A stretch of 63,157 nt of DNA, filler included, from Asterionella formosa (lineage: Eukaryota), in the NCBI GenBank assembly GCA_002256025.1. It is 16 parts of 16 records of this genome, joined end to end, with 100 filler letters (N's around TTAATTAATTAA, not from the genome) between each part and the next. Parts side by side here need not be neighbours in the genome. Positions count along the whole stretch, not along the records: positions 54,425 to 55,429 come from NKIB01005057.1; positions 55,530 to 56,533 come from NKIB01005059.1; positions 56,634 to 57,637 come from NKIB01005060.1; positions 57,738 to 58,741 come from NKIB01005061.1; positions 58,842 to 59,845 come from NKIB01005062.1; positions 59,946 to 60,949 come from NKIB01005063.1; positions 61,050 to 62,053 come from NKIB01005064.1; positions 62,154 to 63,157 come from NKIB01005065.1; 8 more parts are not named here. One strand, written 5' to 3'. The notes beneath the pieces were generated by a model. It searched no databases, was not told the origin of the DNA, and saw only the letters and a list, made by a program, of their open reading frames with translations. Made by a program: the position numbers and the translations under genes. Shown here one piece after another: positions 55,229 through 63,157 of the stretch (positions are counted from its first letter, which is position 1; every line of letters begins with the position of its first letter).

Positions 55229-55529
55229 ACAAGGAATCTGGGAGAGGAACCTAGAACACAAACAACAAACAACACCCAGGTTACAGACCCATGTGTGCAA
55301 ACAGCGGTATCTCAACACCAGGAACTGATCATAGATGACCCAATTTGTTTTTACCAAACTCCGCCCTACACGAGGGAGTGACCACCACCATCCAACCTCC
55401 ACCGCCCAAACTTTTCAGGGCCATGGAGCNNNNNNNNNNNNNNNNNNNNNNNNNNNNNNNNNNNNNNNNNNNNTTAATTAATTAANNNNNNNNNNNNNNN
55501 NNNNNNNNNNNNNNNNNNNNNNNNNNNNN

Positions 55530-56533
55530 CCACCCGCAACCGCTGCCACCAGCTTGCTGCCGTCAGCGGAGGTGGTGATGGTTTGCCAGGTTCGGTTGCT
55601 CTCGCGGGCGGTCCAGGTCACCCCGCTGTCGATCGAGGTGAAGATCTGGCCGTTCTTCACCACCGCGGCCAGCTTGCCACCGTCCGCCGATGAGGTGATG
55701 CTCCACCAGTTTCGTGAACTGTCTCGCGGGGTCCACGTGACTCCGCCGTCCGAGGACGTGTGGATCTGCCCGTTTTGCACGATCGCCGCCAGCTTGCTTC
55801 CATCCAACGAGGAAGTGATGCCTCCCCAATTTCGAACGGACTCCCTGGCGGTCCAGGTGGCCCCGCCATCGGTCGAGGTGTAAATCTGGCCACCACTGAC
55901 TTCCGCCGCGAGCTTCATGCCGTCCGCCGAAGAGGTGATTCCATTCCAGAGGCGTGAGTTCTCCCGCGCGGTCCACGTGACGCCGCCGTCGGTCGACGTA
56001 CTGATCTGCCCAAAGGCGGCGACGGCCGCGAGCTTCGTGCCGTCCGCCGAGGAGGCGATGGAGGACCAGCTGGCATTGCTGGCACGCGCGGTCCACGTGA
56101 CACCGCTGTCGGTCGAGGTGTAGATCCGTCCGCCGAGTTCCACGGCCGCGAGCCTGGTGCCGTCCGCCGATGAAGCGATGGAACCCCAGTTGCGGTTGTT
56201 TTCGCGGGCCGTCCAGGTGATCCCGCTGTCGGCGGAAGTGAAGATCTGCCCGCCTTGGATTACGGCCGCGAGCCTGGTGCCATCCGCGGAGGAGGCCAGC
56301 GTCTTCCAGGTACGGTTGCTGTCGTAGGGCGTCCATGCCGTCCAGGAGTCGGGTAGGTTGAAGCTGGGAGCGACGTTGGGGGCAACGTAAGTGAAGAGCG
56401 CCGCCGCGTTGCTACCGAAGGGGTTGGTCACGGCCACGCTCGCCGTGCCAGCCACTCCCGGTGGAGTGGTGGCGGTGATCGTCGTGTCATTGACCACGGT
56501 GAAGCTCGACGCGGCTGGGCCGGGGAAGGTCAC
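55530..56533 (-). CDS. Bacterial-type surface protein fragment: IPT/TIG domain + 40-aa Asp-box (BNR-like) repeats
   Basis: Visibly GC-rich contig. FTVVNDTTITATTPPG..GTASVAVTNP, followed by ~7 units of W.SI.SSADG.KLAA...GQI.TS.D.G.TWTAR at 120-bp spacing. Confidence 0.85.
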
Positions 56534-56633
56534 NNNNNNNNNNNNNNNNNNNNNNNNNNNNNNNNNNNNNNNNNNNNTTAATTAATTAANNNNNNNNNNN
56601 NNNNNNNNNNNNNNNNNNNNNNNNNNNNNNNNN

Positions 56634-56737
56634 GGAACGAAAGTTGCAGTCTTGGACCAAGAAGGTCTCGACGACGACGGTGACGCCAGAGTTTTTGAAA
56701 GCAGCAATGCAACGAGACTCAATGTCAATCGGATCAT
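56634..56737 (-). CDS. N-terminal fragment of a secreted or organelle-targeted protein
   Basis: MIRLTLSLVALLLSKTLA-SPSSSRP signal-peptide-like start running into the contig end; GGTACC motifs lie upstream. Confidence 0.45.
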
Positions 56738-57433
56738 GTTGATGGAAGGCAAGTGATACGGCAGGAGTACCGGTAATGAAGAATTTATGTATTTACCTGT
56801 ATGCGTAAAAATAAGGGCATGATGTGGAGAAAAAGGCGCTTCGCTCTGCTTCAATCGGCGAGTGTCATAATCATCACGCAGCTGTGATGCAGTGTGCCAT
56901 ATGTTTCTGTGCAGTACCACAGAATGAGATGTCGTATGTACAACCTGATATCAGCTACCGGTACTACGTAACTATTATACGGTACCTGGTAGTCTATGTG
57001 TCCCGGTACCAGGTACGAGGTAGATGGTACTACATGGAAGGTCTGGTTGCGCACGTTTTATCCGCACCTTTTCAGGTTCGACACACTCCCGATGGTCTCA
57101 TGTCTGCTGGTCAAGATAGACTGGCTTTTCATTCCAGTCTCTCTTAAGCAACTTTCTTCAATGTTGAATTATCATTCATTAACTCCAAGTCGTGTTCTGA
57201 TCATCGAAATCATGTTCACCACCTATTCAGCAACTGGAAGACAGTCTTAATGGAATTCACCAATCAGTAACTTCTAGTTGTAGTCAGCAATTTCAAGTCA
57301 TTGTCTAAAAACTCCTGCCTTTTTCAGCAAGCTCTCGTCGCTGTCAGCAAATTCTAATCATTGTCAGCATATTTCTAGTCATATCAGCAATCATAAACAA
57401 AAGAGTCATTTTGAAAATTTCAATGGACTTTGC

Positions 57434-57518
57434 TTTAATTGACATTACATAAATAGAGAAGCAAACAAAATTTCTTTTTTAATTGACATTACATAAATAG
57501 AGAAGCAAAAAAAATTTC
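57434..57518. repeat. 44-bp direct tandem duplication
   Basis: tttaattgacattacataaatagagaagcaaa(c/a)aaaatttc occurs twice. Confidence 0.85.
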
Positions 57519-57854
57519 GTTAGACCTACAGATTACCATGGTGTAGTAGCATGCTGCATACTGTAAAAGTGGCAAATCTGTTTGTAATTTTGTCATTTTG
57601 AATTGTGCATCATTTAAAAAAACTACCACATGAAGCANNNNNNNNNNNNNNNNNNNNNNNNNNNNNNNNNNNNNNNNNNNNTTAATTAATTAANNNNNNN
57701 NNNNNNNNNNNNNNNNNNNNNNNNNNNNNNNNNNNNNTGCAACTTAGCAACTTGCAAAAGAGTACACATGTGAAACAAAAACTATAAGTTCATTGCTATC
57801 TATAATAAAAATTACAAACAAAAAGCAAAATGCAGTAAATGTAATAACGGTCAC

Positions 57855-58585
57855 CACTGGTACCGACGGAGTACCTGGTACGTATGTTGTGAAAGCAAAT
57901 TGATCGCCACTTCATGTTTACCGGTACCAGTATTCAGTGGTATGTGGTACCTGGTATGTGCGTATGTTTAAACCGGTACCAGGTACCTCACCAGGTAGCT
58001 TCCGGTACACTGCCTTGCATATACCCCGAGCAGAAACAAGTATATACCAGGTACCTGGTACTTGTAATGGTCCTGGTTCTCCGGGGTACCTTTGGAAGGT
58101 CCGATAAAAGACGGTTTGCTCTACGAGGAAAAGGATGCTAAACTTCTCTATTGAAGGACCTTCCTTGTTTTCCAACGGTATCATGTATGTACACGTCGCT
58201 GTCATTGACTTCCTTGGAATTCTAATGTATTCGAAGTGGTTCCGTCCTGGTCATGCTTGTCTACGTATGACATCATACTGCCAGTACCCGTAATTCTTTC
58301 CAGGTGGAGTACCAGCCAGTACCGGCATGCAACGGTCTCGTCTTTCATGTACCCGGTACCAGGTAGTACCAGGTACCAATACCGGTATCATATGATACTA
58401 CCAGTAATGTACTTACCGGTATAGGTTTTTTTACAGACCAGGTACAGGTATGCAACTGGTACCAGGTACCAGTTAGTGTACTGGTGGTATCGTAGAGGTC
58501 GGAAGTATGCTTCATGGAGCATGCATACATAAGATATGTACCTTGTACTGGTACATGGTACCAGGTACCTGGTACCTGGTACTCC
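57855..58585. repeat. Extended GGTACCW/TACCGGTA-rich tract
   Basis: Many units, e.g. ggtaccaggtacctggtacctggtac at ~58557. Confidence 0.88.
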
Positions 58586-58843
58586 CCCGGAATCATTTGT
58601 CAGACTCAGATTCCTGTCACAAAACAAGAGTTGTCTACTTTTGTTGTGGGGAAAAGGATGAATGCACACCAAAAACTGCTCCTCTCCAGTCTACTAATAC
58701 TATTTCTCAAATCACCTTCAGTTGCCCTTTCCCCAGATTCTNNNNNNNNNNNNNNNNNNNNNNNNNNNNNNNNNNNNNNNNNNNNTTAATTAATTAANNN
58801 NNNNNNNNNNNNNNNNNNNNNNNNNNNNNNNNNNNNNNNNNTA

Positions 58844-59578
58844 CTACCTCCACTCCTTGTCAAGGCCCATGGTGGTCCCACTTCTCAAACCTCCACCACC
58901 TTTCGTTTGGTCATTCAATTCTGGACCTCTCGGGGCTTCGCTGTATTGGACGTGGATTATGGAGGCTCTACTGGATATGGCAAAGAGTTTCGACAATCAC
59001 TTCAAGGAAAGTGGGGCATTGTCGATGTAAATGATGTTTGTGCTGGTGCTAACTATTGCGTCCAACAGGGATGGGTGAATCCCCAATGGTTGTGCATCGA
59101 CGGGAGTTCGGCAGGTGGGTACACAACGTTGGCAGCCTTGACATTTGAAAATGTATTTTCCGCTGGAGCGTCATTGTATGGAGTGTCAGATCTCTCGGCA
59201 CTGGCCGAAGACACACATAAATTTGAATCCCGATATTTGGATGGCCTTGTGGGCAAGTACCCACAGGACAAGGCAGTCTTTGAGGAACGATGTCCAATTT
59301 TGTTTACAGAGAAATTGAATTGTCCAATTTTGTTGTTGCAAGGGACGGAAGATAAAATAGTTCCTCCCAATCAAGCCGAACGAATGTTTGAGGCGTTGAA
59401 GGAAAAGGGACTGTCCACGTCACTGGTGTTGTACAAGGGGGAACAGCATGGCTTTCGAAAGAAGGAAAATATCCGGCATTCGTTAAATGCGGAATATTCC
59501 TTCTTTTGTCAAGTCTTTGGCATTGAGCCGGAGGAGGGAACAGAGCAAATTGCAATTGGTGAGAGAATCGAGTTGTAG
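58844..59578 (+). CDS. S9 family peptidase (prolyl oligopeptidase/acylaminoacyl-peptidase-like), 5'-partial
   Basis: PPLLVKAHGGPT, DVDYGGSTGYG, GSSAGG nucleophile, QGTEDKIVPP, EQHGF catalytic His. Confidence 0.92.
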   Translation, partial: LPPLLVKAHGGPTSQTSTTFRLVIQFWTSRGFAVLDVDYGGSTGYGKEFRQSLQGKWGIVDVNDVCAGANYCVQQGWVNPQWLCIDGSSAGGYTTLAALTFENVFSAGASLYGVSDLSALAEDTHKFESRYLDGLVGKYPQDKAVFEERCPILFTEKLNCPILLLQGTEDKIVPPNQAERMFEALKEKGLSTSLVLYKGEQHGFRKKENIRHSLNAEYSFFCQVFGIEPEEGTEQIAIGERIEL

Positions 59579-60703
59579 CGGAAAAGAATATATACATTTG
59601 AAAAACAGAATCCCGTAATTTTGCAAACAAATAAGTAGTACCGCAAGTAACCTTTCAAGATCAGAAAAGAACGGAATAGAAATATTTGTCCATCCTCGTC
59701 GTGCTTCGTCAGTGTTCCACATTTACTGTATATATTCCGTGTACTGTACATACGTATATTGTCCTCATGATCACTTCTGCCGAAGAACATTCTAAAATGA
59801 GAACTGCAGTCAATTGATGTTGTGACTTCGAATTTCCTCCGCCCCNNNNNNNNNNNNNNNNNNNNNNNNNNNNNNNNNNNNNNNNNNNNTTAATTAATTA
59901 ANNNNNNNNNNNNNNNNNNNNNNNNNNNNNNNNNNNNNNNNNNNNCTATTACAGTGCAAGAAGATGAATACAAGAATGGCCATGTGCTAAACATTGACAA
60001 GAACAACAAAGAAGACAGAGATGATATAAAGAAGTCACTGATGAAGAAATTGCGCCAGAGCTGGATGCACTGCTCAAAGCAATAATTTTTTGTGATGACA
60101 AAGACAAAAACAATGAGTTGGAAGCCATGGAATAACCAATTGTTATGGATACTTCAAATAGAGCCACCAGAAGGGGGCCATAATGGAAATCTTTAACCCA
60201 ATCCACACTCACCATCCAATTCTCTGGCTGACATGAGCGAGAAGTGCAGTTCTAGAGAACTGAGCAGCCAAGAACAACAAAGCTACCCCAATATTTTTGT
60301 AAACTACTTCCACATGAGGGAGTGGTGACTACCACCCAAACCTTTCCACTGCCTGCCCCACCTTATGTGGGCCATAGAGTGCAACAATGGCAACTCTAGA
60401 AATAGATTATTTAGAGTGTGCTATAAAACTTAATTTATAATTTAGCGAAACAATTGGTGTGCATGATGAGTACAAGTGAATTCATGAGGTCAGGAATTTG
60501 AGATCTGTTTTGGTTTCTGAAACCTCAAAGCTTAACTAACTTTTTAGTCAGATTTACCACTGATGCAAATTTAAGACCTAAGGTTCAAGAAGAAAAATAA
60601 GCACAAATGCCCAACACTAATCAACAAATCTACAAGCAAAAATAGGGAGCAAGATGTTGGTGGAACAGGATCAAACATGACTGGCATTGCATGATCATAA
60701 TAG

Positions 60704-60949
60704 TCAACCCAATTCCAATAGATCACGAATCTTTTGTTTCAATTTGCCGCCTCCAATGTTGTCACTCATGGAAAAGTACTTTTTTATTGTGACATTTCCA
60801 TTTGCTAGTATGGGTTCTGCCATGACTTCATTGTAGGCTGTCTCATTACCTTCTAAATACCGAACTCTCTCAAAGGCTAACTCAGGTTTGTTAATGTTGT
60901 AATAGATGAAGGACTTGGCATTAAAGATTTTGAATACATCCAGAGTGCC
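60704..60949 (-). CDS. C-terminal fragment of a GT10 alpha-1,3-fucosyltransferase-like protein (not in the ORF track)
   Basis: Open frame from the contig edge: GTLDVFKIFNAKSFIYY...LEGNETAYNEVMAEPIL...LELG*. Confidence 0.55.
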   Translation of the reverse strand, partial: GTLDVFKIFNAKSFIYYNINKPELAFERVRYLEGNETAYNEVMAEPILANGNVTIKKYFSMSDNIGGGKLKQKIRDLLELG

Positions 60950-62399
60950 NNNNNNNNNNNNNNNNNNNNNNNNNNNNNNNNNNNNNNNNNNNNTTAATTA
61001 ATTAANNNNNNNNNNNNNNNNNNNNNNNNNNNNNNNNNNNNNNNNNNNNAGGCTTGGCGATGCTTTAGACTGCTTCTCTGAATCGTTATTCAAAGAATTG
61101 TGTGCTTCACCCTTGCACTAATTCACTTGTTTAACCTCGCGTGGTTGCTCTTGTCTTCCCTTGTCTTAGCTGCCGATTCTTGGTTGTTCGATTCAACTCT
61201 AAAAGCTAGAACTTAATAGTCGCGTTGTCGCTATATTGAATTCTCAGCTTCGACTCCTTCGATTCGCGTCGCGTGGTTTGTATCATCCGGTGCTCGCCTG
61301 ATATACTAACTCCATCGCGTCCGTCCTTGTCCGTAATATCAATGATCCTTACGGTAGTTGTATTTTCTAACTTTTACAATAAAAATAAATACCTGTACTC
61401 TAAAACTGTTTGAAAACCGCTTTCGCATACATTTAAAGTAAATGTCGGTAATACAATAGCTCTCTGAAACGACTGATGATGACGTTTCGCGCTTCAAGTG
61501 GGTGTCATTCCGGTAGTGCATTTACCGGTAGAAAGGCAAATTAGGTACCTGGTACCAACCGGTATTGCCTGTTGACGTTGTGTGTGAACCATAAAATACA
61601 AACATCTGTTGACAGTTGACAACAGCAACTCTTCAAGCGAACATCTTCTTCCTTTTGTGTGCTCATGCTCACACATGTTCAGAGTACTTTAAGTCGAGGT
61701 AGCCCGCAATGGCGCTGACGTATAATTATTTAGCAGAAATACCGGCAATTTGATTCCATTGACCATAGCTACCATGTACCAGGTACCATTACTCTACTAT
61801 ATTTAACAACCATATTTATACAATACAGTAGTACTACTACTGGAGACCAGATGACGATATTTGTCACCATTTTCTAATGTTCCTTGTTCCCTACCGTTAT
61901 GCTCCGATGTACGTACTGCAGGTGCTAGTACTAACTAGTAACGTAAGAACAAATGATATTTATGATGAATCACAGTATGTACGTACATTTTATCATGTTG
62001 GACAAGTGTGAAATTCCTGCCGTTGCTGTCCACATAGCGATTATGCAAGACAANNNNNNNNNNNNNNNNNNNNNNNNNNNNNNNNNNNNNNNNNNNNTTA
62101 ATTAATTAANNNNNNNNNNNNNNNNNNNNNNNNNNNNNNNNNNNNNNNNNNNNTTCACCCGGAAATACAACAGATCCTAATAAAAGCACCTACTAGTCAC
62201 ATTACAAAAAGTTGAATTAAATCTTATAGTACATTAAGCTATCCAATAACCGCACTTGTGCCCATATTTTCAATGGAAACCATTAATACCGGTTTTATTT
62301 GTCTGTCTAGGACTAATGTAAGTGGAGAAATTTCTCATTCCAGGATTCATGGGAAAAAAAATTAAGTGCGGCTACACTGATCTTCAGTTTACACATGCA

Positions 62400-62780
62400 T
62401 CAAGCAATGAGGACTCCACGGCTATTCTTTAACTTGGAGGTTGAAGTATGATGACTTCCCCAAAACTGTGTTCTCGTTTAATCCTCAGGGACCAGAACAA
62501 TCAATGAGATAGGATTATGGGCATGGCAACGAGATTCAAAAGTTTCCCCAGCTCAACACGTAACAGTTATTGCAGCATACCAAGTCAGCAAATGCACGAC
62601 TACGGGGTTAGGAATGGAAAATACTGCATACAGGCAGCAGAGGAGACATTTCCGATCTTTAAATCCAAGGCGCTCATTTACTCGAGAGAAACCTTTTGGC
62701 ATAACATCGTTGATCAATTACAACATTTTCAAGACCAAGGTGACGAAATCATCCTCATAAACTTATCACAGAGAAATTAA
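62400..62780 (+). mobile_element. Possible degenerate non-LTR retrotransposon endonuclease region
   Basis: RETFWHNIVDQLQHFQDQGDEIILI resembles LINE APE-domain segments; the surrounding frames are disrupted. Confidence 0.35.
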
Positions 62781-63157
62781 CACCAGATTTCTCATGATTG
62801 CCACCAGATGTATGAAGACATTTTTTTAAAGAATTGATATGAGGTAGCCATGCTTGATTTCCTGATGCATCACATGATTGCTTTCAGCTTAATCAAGATG
62901 ATTTTTTCTTAAAAAATTGACACTAGTGAAATTTGGTTTCTTGATGCATCACACGATTGCCTTCAGGAAAGATGATCATGTGGTGTTATGGTAGAAAACC
63001 CAAGTCTGGGAATATGCTTGAAATAATCTTTGAATGATTATTGACTATCGAAGTAAGCCAAATCCAGTGAATGGATTGGTTATTGTTTTTCGCTGCATGA
63101 TTCAATTTAAACAGGTGCTGTCAAAACGCATTGGGCATTGAGAGAACGACAATCACC

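Noticed and set aside
16225..62153. Regularly spaced TTAATTAATTAA motif flanked by Ns, superficially CRISPR-like or periodic
   Set aside because: It is an artificial six-frame-stop linker used to concatenate contigs. The ~1.1-kb periodicity reflects contig size.

Overview
Eukaryotic nuclear DNA, most likely from a diatom. The evidence is short GT-AG introns, bipartite signal-peptide/plastid-targeting N-termini, and diatom-type gene and TE families. The window is not one locus: about 16 separate scaffolds/contigs are joined by artificial N-TTAATTAATTAA-N linkers (three ~16 kb scaffolds plus many ~1 kb contigs), so adjacency across linkers has no biological meaning. Genes include EIPR1/TSSC1 (partial), a 2518-aa coiled-coil protein and a convergent shorter one that appears paralogous, and a RING+ankyrin+2OG-Fe(II) oxygenase fusion. 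Also present are an MgtE/SLC41 transporter, an FGGY kinase, a spliced SRPK, an NmrA-like protein with a repeat tail, two paralogous nucleotide-diphospho-sugar transferases (one frameshifted by a 5-bp duplication), FAD4/TMEM189, a GNAT, and S9 peptidase and GT10 fragments. There are also Copia, Tc1/mariner and class-C GPCR relics, several MITE-like hairpin families, and one GC-rich bacterial-looking contig. The most striking unexplained pattern is self-complementary (GGTACCW)n/TACCGGTA arrays that recur mainly upstream of gene starts.
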